Assembly (NCBI GenBank): GCA_019057385.1
Contig: JAHQJS010000006.1
Coordinates: forward strand, 773,038 to 837,037
From: Candidatus Borrarchaeum weybense
GTDB lineage: Archaea > Asgardarchaeota > Sifarchaeia > Borrarchaeales > Borrarchaeaceae
Reading direction: 5' to 3'
DNA length: 64,000 nt
A program made the translations under genes and the position numbers. Positions 18,590 to 29,397 of this stretch are shown here, piece after piece; position 1 is the stretch's first letter; every line of letters begins with the position of its first letter. Below the pieces are notes generated by a model. It saw only the letters and a list, made by a program, of their open reading frames with translations. It searched no databases and was not told the origin of the DNA.

Positions 18590-19654
18590 TTAAGGAACTT
18601 CTAACCGAAATTCTTTTCGAAGGTTTTTTACGGCTCCCATCATGTTTTTTAATTTTGCTAACGTTATATTGTAGGCAATTTCAGATGGAATAGCAAACTT
18701 TAGATTTCCAAACGCGCAGTCTGGGTCAATTATGAGATTTTCAATTCCATAGCGATTTGAAGCTTTTAATATCCGTGACCTAACGTCCTTTTCGGTTTCT
18801 ACAGCACGTTGCCAAGGTACTTTCCCTCTTCGAATGTCCTCCAATAAAAGTGGATCAAAAACTGAAGCGAGGCATCCATAACCAATCATTTTATCATAAC
18901 TTTCTAAATCCTGTTTTGTATATGCCTTTAGATTGTCAGGGTTGTTTACAAAATCGTGATCAAGATACAAGACATTATCAAGTTGAAGAAGTAGTTTAGA
19001 AATTGAAAAGATATCATCACATACATGTATCGAAGGAATAGCTCTGGATACTCCTTTAAAAACAATATCAAGGCACTTAAGTGCAAAATCTTCCTCTATC
19101 GCGAACTGAGCTATAGCGAAGTTCAAAATATGTTCATAAATAGTGACTATTGCGACCCCTTCTTTATCAATATCATAAACAATTTTTTTGATTATATAAG
19201 CTAATTTCTCTACAATATCTGGCATTAAAAGTGCGGGCATATCTGCTATTTTAATAAAATATGCCAGAGTAAAAGGACCAGTAACATAGACTTTTATGCC
19301 ATCTATTTTTGTGTTAAATCCAGCATTCTCAATATAATTTTTAGTCCATATTAACTCAGGAAGAACAAAAGGTTCACGAGGAGGGATAAGATCTCCTATA
19401 ACGTGTGTAATTCCGTTTTTTATTTCGATCCCACAATTTTGCTCTGCTAAAGGTTCCAAAAACATCAGACTCATATCTTCGAGCTGGGGTACTATCGGAA
19501 AGTCAATTTCTAAAGATATTTGATCAAAAAGAATCTGTTCCATATTAGCTTGAGTTTTATCTAAAGGAAAGCTATCCACAATAGTTGTTTTCAATTTCCC
19601 ATGCAGGTCACTAGAGTTTCTTTGTTGTATCATTCGCAGGTTCCTCAGTTTCAT
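18590..19654 (-). CDS. Single-barrel MetE-like (cobalamin-independent methionine synthase catalytic domain) protein
   Basis: TTIVDSFP, VTGPFTLA, IHVC (HxC), IIDPDCAFG Zn ligands; true start may be the TTG before KTTIV. Confidence 0.75.
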   Translation of the reverse strand: MKLRNLRMIQQRNSSDLHGKLKTTIVDSFPLDKTQANMEQILFDQISLEIDFPIVPQLEDMSLMFLEPLAEQNCGIEIKNGITHVIGDLIPPREPFVLPELIWTKNYIENAGFNTKIDGIKVYVTGPFTLAYFIKIADMPALLMPDIVEKLAYIIKKIVYDIDKEGVAIVTIYEHILNFAIAQFAIEEDFALKCLDIVFKGVSRAIPSIHVCDDIFSISKLLLQLDNVLYLDHDFVNNPDNLKAYTKQDLESYDKMIGYGCLASVFDPLLLEDIRRGKVPWQRAVETEKDVRSRILKASNRYGIENLIIDPDCAFGNLKFAIPSEIAYNITLAKLKNMMGAVKNLRKEFRLEVP

Positions 19655-19932
19655 TCGTCAACACTGCATATCAAACCATGATAAAAACATAGTAGGATAG
19701 GCCCCCAGGAAAAAACAACTGGTAACTCAATTAATAGAAGTTCATTAGAAATCTCCACTCCGATATTGAAAAAATAGAAAAGAAGGGGTATCGAAACGAT
19801 CCATATAAGCAACAATAATGTCGAAAATTTATATCTTTTTGATAAATCAAGGAGTAGCAGTAATAACGATTTAATTTCTGTGAGAATATATTTGAGTTCT
19901 ATAATTAGTTTCGTTTTAATATTTTCAGTCAT
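19651..19932 (-). CDS. Small membrane protein
   Basis: 2-3 hydrophobic segments; GGGG RBS-like motif. Confidence 0.45.
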   Translation of the reverse strand: MTENIKTKLIIELKYILTEIKSLLLLLLDLSKRYKFSTLLLLIWIVSIPLLFYFFNIGVEISNELLLIELPVVFSWGPILLCFYHGLICSVDE

Positions 19933-20111
19933 CTGAGGTTTCCCCTAAACCATGATAAAGATCGGTAGATACTGTCCTGAATACATCTTCTAACTATAAG
20001 AATGAATCTAACTAGACTCATTCAAAATTCGATCTTATCATTTTGGGCTGTATATTAAACAAGTAATAAACTGAAAAAATAGTGCATGAGAAAATATAGA
20101 GAAACATACTT

Positions 20112-20378
20112 TCATTCGTTTTCCAGTTCTAAGCCTGATGTAGGTTTGAAATAATTTGCTATCATATGATAAAACGTTTTAATCTCTTTGAATAAATAGT
20201 TAAAAAAGAACCTCGCATTATCATATAGCTGAATACCTACAACGCTCTCTAAAATCTGTTTTAATGTATAAACGATTATTGTAATTGTACTAATAAAAGC
20301 TCCAATGCCAATAATGCTTACCGTTATGTTAAAACCGCTGAAACTCAGTATTCCACCAAAACCAATAAACTGAAGCAT
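20112..20378 (-). CDS. Small membrane protein
   Basis: N-terminal hydrophobic segment; AAGGCGAG upstream. Confidence 0.45.
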   Translation of the reverse strand: MLQFIGFGGILSFSGFNITVSIIGIGAFISTITIIVYTLKQILESVVGIQLYDNARFFFNYLFKEIKTFYHMIANYFKPTSGLELENE

Positions 20379-20498
20379 ATTTCTCGCCTTATTTAATGGT
20401 CAGGTTGTTTTAACGTATTAATTTTAATTAAATATTTTGGTAAAACTGTTCGTACAATTCCCCTCCCCTTGTTAAGTAGTTGGTTACTTTGTATCTTA

Positions 20499-21032
20499 TT
20501 AATCTTCTTGCCCTGATAATTCTCCGTAGAGTTCTGCTGCTTGCTCTAAGACGATTCGCAATTGAGTGATTTCAGGATTCTTATCAAGAAGTGCAGGTAA
20601 AATACATATGAGAAAACGCCGTGCAAGACGAAGTGATGGACTTTTTAAAATAGTTTTTTGAAAGGAATTCTTAAAATAGTTGATTCCTGATTTAGAAATC
20701 TTAATTGAATTGTTAGCGTGATGAATAATCAGGTTTGAATGAATCAGTGAATGTAAATGATTAGAAAAAGCATCTTGATTGGGAATTCCATAAATAGATT
20801 CTGTCCCTAAAATACATTCAATGAATTGAACTATTTCGTATAATTCGTTCTTGGTTAAAATTCGCCCCTCAACTAAAGAGAGGATGAAGAGTATCTCATC
20901 TTTTTGCGAGAGTTTACCGTTAGATATTAAATTCGGATCTAGTTCTTCTTGTGATTCTATAAAGCTTGATAGCGCTATCTGTCGAAAATTTGGTTCCCTT
21001 TGTGAATAAGCTGGTGTCTTCAAATATTTCAA
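20499..21032 (-). CDS. Hypothetical winged-helix protein
   Basis: ILFILS...HLHSLIHSNLI...IKISKSG wHTH-like pattern. Confidence 0.5.
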   Translation of the reverse strand: MKYLKTPAYSQREPNFRQIALSSFIESQEELDPNLISNGKLSQKDEILFILSLVEGRILTKNELYEIVQFIECILGTESIYGIPNQDAFSNHLHSLIHSNLIIHHANNSIKISKSGINYFKNSFQKTILKSPSLRLARRFLICILPALLDKNPEITQLRIVLEQAAELYGELSGQED

Positions 21033-21321
21033 ATTCCTAATTCCTTTATTTCCTGTTTAAAGACTTTTATCGGTTGCTTATATATTGACGGAGAGTTGGG
21101 TGAAACTGAAAACAACTTCTATTATCAATCCTAGAAAGGATGTGTCGGTTTTTTTTGGTACTAGCGAATAAAAAACGATGAGATGCGTTAAGACAACTTA
21201 TTATAACTTAATGTTTTCTATCTTCTTTGTTAACAATTTAATAAGTCATTAAAACTAATAATAGTGAAATTTTTTTTCTTACAAATACGATTGGGTGGAG
21301 TTTTTTATTAAACCTACATTT

Positions 21322-22785
21322 GTGAACTACCTCACGCTAAAGCAGTGAGGCTTCCTGTTTCTGCGACCATACTTGCCTCAACATAGGCTATCTGGTTCAG
21401 ATAGTCCAACGTTAACGTAGAGGTATTAGTCTCCGCAGGCGTAACTTCGGTAGGTCCCCTACCTAGCATTCTATGCCCTTCGTGTTCTATTACACAACTG
21501 CTGTTATAATCACGATCTATCACCAGACCACAATGATGACACACGTAAGTACGTTCGGCTAAACTCATGGGGCGCTGGTGACCGCACCGCGAACAGGTCT
21601 TGGTGGAGGGGAAAAAACGGTCAATTTCCACCGGTGTTTGCACCTTTATTTCAAGCATGCGAATTATTCCACCGAGGCTGGTTGACAGCATTCTTCTACC
21701 CCACAGGCGTTGCCACGAGCGTAAATTCTCGTTTTGATAACATATCATTTGGAAATTAGTACACAAGAAATGAACTAGTTTATTGCGAATGTCTCGTTTA
21801 ATATTGGTAGTTTTGGCGTAGGCTTTGAGTAATTTATATAGCGTTTTCCACCAGTTCTTACTGCGATACTGCTTACGACCTAATTGTTTACATAATTGCT
21901 TTATACGGCGCGTAACTGGTACTTTGTATTGTATACGTATCCCGTTCGAAAGCGATAACTGGTTTTTTACCCCAAAATCAATACCAATTGACTGTGCTGG
22001 CACTACCATCGCCGGACTGTGTTTTCGCGGAGTATAGGTAGTTATGGCCACGTAATAATCACCATGCTGGTGAAGGAGCGTAGCATTGGCACATTCACAA
22101 TTAGGCGGCAACTGTTCCAATCCGTTGACACGCAGTTTTTGCGGTATCTTTTGAAACTGCATATATTTGCCGTTGATAAGCTTGTAGGTATTGCCGTACT
22201 GCTTGAGCGGGATGGAATCCACATGGGACTTAAACTTCAAGCGTCCAATCTTGTGACCCTTAGTTTTCAGACGCGCTAAGCCGCGTATATTCTGTTGGGT
22301 GCGTGTTATAATACTTTGACGCATGTGTGACGATAACTGCCTCAATTGGCGTCGCTCAAAGTGGTCTTTAACCTTCACTGGCACGACTGTTATTTTATCA
22401 TCGATGGAAAATACGTTAGGATGGCCAACGCAAAAATTGTACAGCCATTTCGCCTCCAAAAATAAGAGTTTTAAGCGAGTTAATGAGTCTTGGTTTAAAT
22501 GCGAGCGGTCTAGCTTGACGGTATACACCCGGCACTTCATGTGTTTACGCCGCTCCTTAGTGTCCTTTAAAGTAGCTTTGATCTGCTGGTTCTTTGTTAA
22601 CATGACACAAGTGCTCCGAACAACTTATAATAACTCGTTAATAATATACAACACAATCGCTCACTTTTTGTACTCCAACTGTTTTTATAAACACAGCATA
22701 AATTCTCACAAAGTTAAAAAATAGCCTATCCTTACACCATTTATCCCCAAGCTAAAGCAATGGGGCTTACTTGTGTCTTAACGAT
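21322..22785 (-). mobile_element. IS200/IS605 (IS1341-type) tnpB-only element
   Basis: Right-end hairpin ending GTAGTTCAC at 21322; left-end hairpin CCCCAAGCTAAAGCAATGGGG at ~22745; flanked by CTTAC on the minus strand. Confidence 0.85.
21332..22603 (-). CDS. tnpB: TnpB RNA-guided endonuclease
   Basis: RuvC-I IGIDFG, RuvC-II QNENL, zinc finger CSRC...CHHC, RuvC-III DRDYNS. Confidence 0.93.
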   Translation of the reverse strand: MLTKNQQIKATLKDTKERRKHMKCRVYTVKLDRSHLNQDSLTRLKLLFLEAKWLYNFCVGHPNVFSIDDKITVVPVKVKDHFERRQLRQLSSHMRQSIITRTQQNIRGLARLKTKGHKIGRLKFKSHVDSIPLKQYGNTYKLINGKYMQFQKIPQKLRVNGLEQLPPNCECANATLLHQHGDYYVAITTYTPRKHSPAMVVPAQSIGIDFGVKNQLSLSNGIRIQYKVPVTRRIKQLCKQLGRKQYRSKNWWKTLYKLLKAYAKTTNIKRDIRNKLVHFLCTNFQMICYQNENLRSWQRLWGRRMLSTSLGGIIRMLEIKVQTPVEIDRFFPSTKTCSRCGHQRPMSLAERTYVCHHCGLVIDRDYNSSCVIEHEGHRMLGRGPTEVTPAETNTSTLTLDYLNQIAYVEASMVAETGSLTALA

Positions 22786-22868
22786 GTAAGGTTGAAAAAT
22801 TATATTAAGGAAATTCTCCTAACATAAAGAAAAGAAATCATAATAAAAAATTAATGAGGTCATAGACC

Positions 22869-23627
22869 ATGTCTAGTAATGACGTTAAAATCAATGTAAG
22901 TGAAATACAGGCTGAAAAACCATATGTACTAATTGGACTTCCTGATGTTGGCTTGATAGGGGTCATCAGTGCATCCCAATTAATTAAATCTCTTAACATG
23001 AAACCAATAGGGTCTATTGACTCAGAGCAATTACCTCCCATCGCTGTTATCCATGAAACGATACCTATGGCTCCTCTAAGAGTATATGGTGCCGAGAATG
23101 TCATCCTTGTTGTTAGTGAAATTCCGTTACCTCCTACTCTTATACGCCCATTCTCAAAAGCAGTAGTGAACTGGGCAAAAAGATTGAACCCAACTGCTGT
23201 TCTCTCTCTCGCCGGTATTCCAGTACCCAACCGGATGGATATTGAACAACCTGGCATATATGCTGTCTCATCAGGAGGACCTGCAGCAGCTATTCTTGGG
23301 GATTTAGAGTCGATACAAGTTCAAAAACTTGAAGAAGGTTTTATGGCAGGACCATATGCTTCTATACTTAATAACTGCATAACAGAGGCTGTGCCAAATA
23401 TAACGTTTCTAGTTCAGTCTCATATGAATTATCCTGACCCAGGAGCTGCTGCCATATTGCTGGAAACTGTCGCAAAATTCCTGAATGTCACAGTCGATGT
23501 CGAACCATTGCTTGAACAAGCAGAAGAAATCAGACTTCGAATGAGAGATACAATGAGACGGACTAGCGACACCATGCAACAAGTTGATAAAACACAAGAA
23601 TACGAAATTCCCGCTTTCTACGGCTAA
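22869..23627 (+). CDS. Proteasome assembly chaperone (PAC2/Pba family)
   Basis: GLPDVGLIG, PLRVY, YPDPGAAA; C-terminal HbYX (FYG). Confidence 0.88.
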   Translation: MSSNDVKINVSEIQAEKPYVLIGLPDVGLIGVISASQLIKSLNMKPIGSIDSEQLPPIAVIHETIPMAPLRVYGAENVILVVSEIPLPPTLIRPFSKAVVNWAKRLNPTAVLSLAGIPVPNRMDIEQPGIYAVSSGGPAAAILGDLESIQVQKLEEGFMAGPYASILNNCITEAVPNITFLVQSHMNYPDPGAAAILLETVAKFLNVTVDVEPLLEQAEEIRLRMRDTMRRTSDTMQQVDKTQEYEIPAFYG

Positions 23628-23639
23628 GGGGGTGTAAGA

Positions 23640-24083
23640 ATGTCAAAAAAATCAAAATCCATTGTAAGAATGATGGATGAATTATTTGAAAGGATGGAAA
23701 GTTCCATAAATGAAATTCTAAGAAAAGGCTTCCTGAAACCCTCTTTTGATTTACGGCACTGTTGCCTAGAGCCACTTATCGAGATTAGTGAAACCGCTGA
23801 TAACTTAATCGTCGTTTATGATTTGCCTTATATTCGCTCGCCAGACGACATTGAGATCAAAGCTACGCCAACTTCCTTAGAACTAGACGCACAATTTAAA
23901 GAACCAGTAAAACTCGAAAAATGGGGAACTGTTCAGAAGGAGACAGAGTTTAAGCATTATCATCACGTGATCAGGAAACTGCCTGTGGAGGTTGTTCCTG
24001 ATAAAGCAACATCTCGATTTAAGCAAGGGTTACTGGAGATCACTCTTCCGAAGGTTAAGCCTCATAAAATTAAGGTTGAATGA
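23640..24083 (+). CDS. Small heat-shock protein (Hsp20)
   Basis: EPLIEI.E, DLP, LPVEV.PDKA...F.QGLLEITLPK, C-terminal IKVE (IxI). Confidence 0.88.
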   Translation: MSKKSKSIVRMMDELFERMESSINEILRKGFLKPSFDLRHCCLEPLIEISETADNLIVVYDLPYIRSPDDIEIKATPTSLELDAQFKEPVKLEKWGTVQKETEFKHYHHVIRKLPVEVVPDKATSRFKQGLLEITLPKVKPHKIKVE

Positions 24084-24287
24084 GGTCTATCCGACAAAAC
24101 CTCTTTTTTTAATTTCATGTCCTCATGGCGGACGTATATAAAACTACTTGTTATTCAATAGGAAAAGTAACACCTATAGTTTTCTTAAATAATGCAGAGC
24201 ATTTATATTGCCTCTTAACCAATAACCAATAGAATCAACATTGATCCTTTAAAAGATGAATTTCTCAATAATCAAGAGGTTAAGTAG

Positions 24288-25661
24288 TTGGAAGAAGAGC
24301 TACCAGTTTGGTGCCAATTAAGAAAAATACCTATGCAACACTCTCCGGAAGATGCAATAGAGTTTGCAAAAGGAAGGATAGATAGATTTGCAAGACGTCA
24401 GTTCTGGAATGTTAGAGGAGCTGAAGGTAAAGATTTACTTGCAGGACATATCCTTCTAAGGGTTGCTGTTGCCACAGATCCAAGACTTAGCGCTTGGCTA
24501 GTAGAATTTGAAGGCGATCTTTTTGATTATCGATTTAGAAAGGCGTCATTCTCAGATATTATCACAGTAATGCGCTATTTTCTTGGAAACGATAATATTA
24601 TGCTACTCAAAGACCTTGAAGAAAAAATTGATATGCAAATAAAAAAAAGATATTCACTGATTGAGATCGGAGAATATTCAAAATACATCAAAAGAAGCAC
24701 AATAACTCGTGATGGACGTATTACTATTAAAAGAGAGCGACAGAATGTTACACTTCCAAAAGGTTTAAGAAAATATGTTGGTGTTCACTTTACAAAAGTT
24801 CCAACAGTAGTGGGTAAAAGACAGGTTCTATTGCTAAAAGGATGGGCTATTGCCCCTATTTTTGTCTTTCGAGGAACTATTAAACGTGCATTTGAAACTG
24901 AATTAAAAACTAAACTTGAAGGAATTCAAGATCAAATTAAATCTGATAAATCTCTTAAACCGATTATACGAGAACTTAGAGACCATATTAAAATAAATGA
25001 AAAAGCTTTTGTAAAGAGATTTGAAACAGAAATTAGTCCTACTGGGAGACTTTATCAACGTTTTGATCTGTTTCCTGAGTGTATGAACCAATTAATCTCC
25101 ATCCTCACCGAAAAGGGTCACTTAGGACATGGAGAACGCTTACAACTAGGTCTTTTTTTAAAGAAACTAGGAATGCCATTGGAAGAGCAAAAACACTTCT
25201 GGTATCAAAAAGCTGTTGATAACATAGGCTTGACGTTTGAAGAATTTGATAGCAAAGTTGGTTATACTATTGATCATCTTTATGGACAGGCAGGTGGTGG
25301 GACGGATTATGAAGCCCCGAAGTGTGAGACGATTATAACAAGTTATTATTGTGCATTCGCCCAAAAAGCTGCAGATGAGATTATGAAAAGGATACAAACT
25401 GAATTCGAAGAAAAGGATAAACCAACAAGATTTAGTCAAGTTTTAGATGACTTAATGGTAAATTTGATGAATAATGAACCACGAAATGCGTGTGCAAAAC
25501 TTTTCGAATTAAGGTACGGCAAAAGAGCCAAAAAAATTGCGCATCCCATTGGCTATACTCTTTATGCAGCAAAAATCCTAAAGGAGAAAAAGGAAAAGAA
25601 AACCGAAGAGAAAAAAACTACAAAAGCTGAAGTAAATGCAAATGCGAATGAAAATGAATGA
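24288..25661 (+). CDS. priL: DNA primase large subunit
   Basis: HILLR, FPECM, HLGHGERLQLGLFLKKLG, Y...HLYG, PKC...YYCAF Fe-S ligands. Confidence 0.88.
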   Translation: MEEELPVWCQLRKIPMQHSPEDAIEFAKGRIDRFARRQFWNVRGAEGKDLLAGHILLRVAVATDPRLSAWLVEFEGDLFDYRFRKASFSDIITVMRYFLGNDNIMLLKDLEEKIDMQIKKRYSLIEIGEYSKYIKRSTITRDGRITIKRERQNVTLPKGLRKYVGVHFTKVPTVVGKRQVLLLKGWAIAPIFVFRGTIKRAFETELKTKLEGIQDQIKSDKSLKPIIRELRDHIKINEKAFVKRFETEISPTGRLYQRFDLFPECMNQLISILTEKGHLGHGERLQLGLFLKKLGMPLEEQKHFWYQKAVDNIGLTFEEFDSKVGYTIDHLYGQAGGGTDYEAPKCETIITSYYCAFAQKAADEIMKRIQTEFEEKDKPTRFSQVLDDLMVNLMNNEPRNACAKLFELRYGKRAKKIAHPIGYTLYAAKILKEKKEKKTEEKKTTKAEVNANANENE

Positions 25662-25694
25662 AAAATAATTCATATTTCAATTTCAATTTCCGGT

Positions 25695-27095
25695 TCAATT
25701 TCCTTGTTCATTCAATTTTTTTAGAAGACCTAATGCCTCTGGGTAATTAGGATCCAATTCTAATGCTTTTTCTACGCATTTTTTGGCTTTTTGGTTATCT
25801 TTTAGTTTATCATAGGCAACAGCTAGTTCATACCAGACTTCTACATCTTGGTGATCGATCTCAACTACTTTCTCAAAGCAATCAATGGTCTTTTGATAAT
25901 CTGCCAATTTCTTGTGCGCAATCCCCATGTAATACCATACATTGATATTCTGCGGTTTTTCCTTTATAATTTCTTCGTAGCATTCAATTTCTTCAGTTGT
26001 CTGACCTAGTGAGCGGTAAGCAGATGCCATGTTAGACCTCGCTTGTGGATGATGAGGGTTAATCTCCAGTGCTTTCTCGAAGCACTCAATGGCCTTCTGA
26101 TAGTCTTCCAGTTTATTATAAGTAGCCCCCATATTATTCCATGCGTTAGAATAATGTGGATCAATTTTAACTGCGCTTTCAAAACTTTTAACTGCGTTCT
26201 GATAGTCTTCTAATTTATAGTAGTCAATACCCATGTTGTACCAGGCTTTTTTATATTGAGGGTCGATTTCTACGGTTTTTTCATAGCATTCGATTGCTTT
26301 AAGTAGATCACCTAAATCTTCATAGGTGATACCCATATTGTACCACGTTTCCACATTCAAGGGGTCAATTTCGACTATTTTCTTATTACATCTTAGAACA
26401 TTTTCGGTATCATCCAGCATGCTGTATGCTTTTTCTAAGATATCCCACGCTTTTGTATCGGAAGGATCCAACTTGACACCTTTTTCGAAATACTCTTTGG
26501 TTTTTTGGGGATTGTTCAGTTTAAAGTAGGCAAGTCCCATGTTGAACCACGCCATAACGTACAATGGGTCGATTTCGACAACCTTCTCAAAGTATTCAAT
26601 TGCTTTTTCATAATTTTCTAAGGGGTGAATATAAATAGATCCCATGTTATTCAAAGCTGCGATGTTGTTTGGTTCAATTTCAAGAGCTTTTTCATAGCAA
26701 TCTATTGCCTCTTCAAGATAGCCTAAGTTACCGTACGCTACTCCCCTGTTATACCAGGCGTTGATATTATTAGGATCTATATCAGCTATTTTTTCACAAC
26801 ATTCGATGACTCTATGATAGTCCCTTAACGCATCGTAGGCGGAACTCATGAGAATCCATGCATTCATATTTTGAGGATCTAGCGTCACTGCTTGTTCATA
26901 GCACTCAATTGCTTCTTGAAATTCGCCTAATTTATCATGAGCGGCTCCTAAATAATACCATGTCTTGCTATCAGGATTGATTTCTACAGCTTTTTTAAAG
27001 CACCCAATTGCTTTTTGAAAATCTCCGGATTCTGCATGATCATGTCCAATGTTAGACCATTCTGAAGCGGTTTTCCCCTCAATTTTGTCTGGCAT
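25695..27095 (-). CDS. Tetratricopeptide repeat protein (~13 TPRs)
   Basis: Repeated AWYNMG..Y..L.....AI.C.EKA.EIDP 34-aa units. Confidence 0.93.
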   Translation of the reverse strand: MPDKIEGKTASEWSNIGHDHAESGDFQKAIGCFKKAVEINPDSKTWYYLGAAHDKLGEFQEAIECYEQAVTLDPQNMNAWILMSSAYDALRDYHRVIECCEKIADIDPNNINAWYNRGVAYGNLGYLEEAIDCYEKALEIEPNNIAALNNMGSIYIHPLENYEKAIEYFEKVVEIDPLYVMAWFNMGLAYFKLNNPQKTKEYFEKGVKLDPSDTKAWDILEKAYSMLDDTENVLRCNKKIVEIDPLNVETWYNMGITYEDLGDLLKAIECYEKTVEIDPQYKKAWYNMGIDYYKLEDYQNAVKSFESAVKIDPHYSNAWNNMGATYNKLEDYQKAIECFEKALEINPHHPQARSNMASAYRSLGQTTEEIECYEEIIKEKPQNINVWYYMGIAHKKLADYQKTIDCFEKVVEIDHQDVEVWYELAVAYDKLKDNQKAKKCVEKALELDPNYPEALGLLKKLNEQGN

Positions 27096-27261
27096 TTGAA
27101 TCTCCTAATTTCCTCATATAATAATGACACATAAACCTTTTCTACGTGCTAATTATAGATCATGCTCTGAATCCTCTATTACAAATTCTAAAAGAAAATG
27201 GGACAATAAATTATAATCAAGAAACGGTGTTAAAGATGTAAACGCAGATTAAATGGTAGCC

Positions 27262-28608
27262 TTAATTTGCACCGGCTATTCTTGCGTTGTTAATCTTAAT
27301 AGAAGGTATTAATACACCTGCTTCTTCTCTATAGTCCTGCGATATATCAGAAATACCATTTAATAAATCAAAAACATGAATTCCAATCATTGCATTTTTA
27401 ATAGGATGTTTTATTTCACCGTTTTCAATAAGGAACGCCTCTGATAAGAGTCCTGAGAGTCTTCCACTTACAGGGTCTGGTGAATCATGTAAAGCCAAAA
27501 TAAAAACTCCTTTCTTTGTTTCACTTATTAGTGTGTCAAGGCTATGCTTACCAGGTGTTATTCTTAGATTATTACATGAAATTTGTGGCAATGTGTTATA
27601 TCCAAGTCGCATAGAGTTTCCAGTACTTGTTATAGAATCTTTTTTAGCAGTATATGTGTCATAGAGATAGGTACGTAATACCCCCTTTTCTATGATTTTT
27701 TGACGAGTTTTTGGATTTCCTTCTCCATCAAATGGCAAACTCCTAAACCCTGCTGCAACAAGTCCATCATCAATAACTGTGAGCTGTTCCGAAGCAATAG
27801 TTTTTCCTTTCTTATCTACTAAATATGTCCGCTTTTGTTGGACTGCATCTGCGTTCGCAGCAACTCCAACAATGCTGAAAAACAGCGGATAGATCGCATT
27901 TTGGAATAAGATAACCGGAACACTCATCGTCTCTATTTTTTTACCCCCAAGCATATCACAGGCTCGTTTAGCAACGGTTTCCCCTAACCATTGTGGTCTT
28001 AGATTTTTAAGTTGTCGACTACTTGATAAATCAGAATTGGTAGCCACTTCACCTTCGGTGTTTTTTGCAACTGCTGAAGCTGAAAGCATTCCAATCGTGC
28101 TATCTGAACTGCATTCACTACCAAGCGAATTCATTAGTACACGTTGTTCCCGTGTCATACTAACAGTCCCATCAAGTACAACAGAACTAGCATTACAAAG
28201 CCCAGCATCTATAATCTGCTGCCCTAAATCTATTACTTCTTCAGCTGAACTATTCGCAATGTGATCATCATATAGTTCTTGTACATTTGGGAGCGGTTTC
28301 GGATCAGGTAATGACTCAAAATCAGGATCTGGGCTACCTAATCTCATTGATGATACGGCTGCATTAACTATCCTTTCAATTTCATCCATCTCATTAAGTG
28401 AGGCCGCATATGAGAAACCATATCGACCTGCATTATCGTAAACTCGCACAGCTATACCACTGTCTTCAATATTACTTACAGTTTTTATTGCATTTTTAGC
28501 GAATAATAATCTTTGACTAATTACCTTTTGTGCAAAAATCTCTGTTTGGTATACTTTACTTGTTGCAAATTTAAGAGCCCTTTCTGCACTCGCGAATAAA
28601 TTGTCCAC
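27262..28608 (-). CDS. pmbA: PmbA/TldE family protein
   Basis: GIAVRV, LTVIDDG, PFDGEG, IIEKGVL, IENGEI..PIK; no HExxH. Confidence 0.85.
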   Translation of the reverse strand: MDNLFASAERALKFATSKVYQTEIFAQKVISQRLLFAKNAIKTVSNIEDSGIAVRVYDNAGRYGFSYAASLNEMDEIERIVNAAVSSMRLGSPDPDFESLPDPKPLPNVQELYDDHIANSSAEEVIDLGQQIIDAGLCNASSVVLDGTVSMTREQRVLMNSLGSECSSDSTIGMLSASAVAKNTEGEVATNSDLSSSRQLKNLRPQWLGETVAKRACDMLGGKKIETMSVPVILFQNAIYPLFFSIVGVAANADAVQQKRTYLVDKKGKTIASEQLTVIDDGLVAAGFRSLPFDGEGNPKTRQKIIEKGVLRTYLYDTYTAKKDSITSTGNSMRLGYNTLPQISCNNLRITPGKHSLDTLISETKKGVFILALHDSPDPVSGRLSGLLSEAFLIENGEIKHPIKNAMIGIHVFDLLNGISDISQDYREEAGVLIPSIKINNARIAGAN

Positions 28609-28686
28609 AGTATCACCAGCCAGCCAATGTGCAATAAAACCAGAGTTTTTAAATATTTATTTACTTTATGACACAATCATACAACG

Positions 28687-29397
28687 TTGTATGTGAGGCA
28701 TATGTGCTTTGAGTGTTATTTATTAGCCGTTGTCCCCCCACAAGCAGGGCCTATTAGCGATTTTCTTAATTTCATCTATTGGGTCGGCTCCCTTGTATGC
28801 TTCCAATGGGAAGTTGCAACTTTTAGAGTTGGAGCATATTATTTACCTGTATGCTCTGGATGTTTAGGAATTTATGCTGGCGCGTTGATTGGTTTTGCAA
28901 GCCTTCCAAGATTGTCTAATCTGTCAAAACAATTATTTCAACTTAGATTTGCAATCCCTCTAATGTTACCTCAATCAGTCTATTTCTTTATCTTGAATTT
29001 TGAGCGGTTCTTCCTTCATTCCTATCCGATTCCAGGAATAAAGGAAATCTATTTTGTAATGGGATTGCTTTTCGGTTTTGTTTTATGCAATATTGCTTTT
29101 AGACTCGCCCTAATAGAAGATGAGTTTCACCCCGCCGTTGATCAACATCTTACCAGATTTGTAACATATTTAGGCTGGTTATTTCTTCCTGGCGTTTTAA
29201 TAGGCATTGTCAGCATAATGCTTGGACTTGTTTTACTTGGATATGCAGTTGATATGCTTCTTCTGGTTCTAGGAAGTCTTTCTTTTCTTTTAGGATTAGG
29301 AATTCTTCTAGTTTTAATAGTAGGCTTCTCTCTTCGATTTGCAGTGGGTTTATTCAAGACTTCTTATGATTATTTTACGCAAGATCGCTCTAATTGA
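28687..29397 (+). CDS. DUF2085-like membrane protein
   Basis: VCFQ...PVCSGCLGIYAG followed by multiple TM segments. Confidence 0.6.
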   Translation: MYVRHMCFECYLLAVVPPQAGPISDFLNFIYWVGSLVCFQWEVATFRVGAYYLPVCSGCLGIYAGALIGFASLPRLSNLSKQLFQLRFAIPLMLPQSVYFFILNFERFFLHSYPIPGIKEIYFVMGLLFGFVLCNIAFRLALIEDEFHPAVDQHLTRFVTYLGWLFLPGVLIGIVSIMLGLVLLGYAVDMLLLVLGSLSFLLGLGILLVLIVGFSLRFAVGLFKTSYDYFTQDRSN

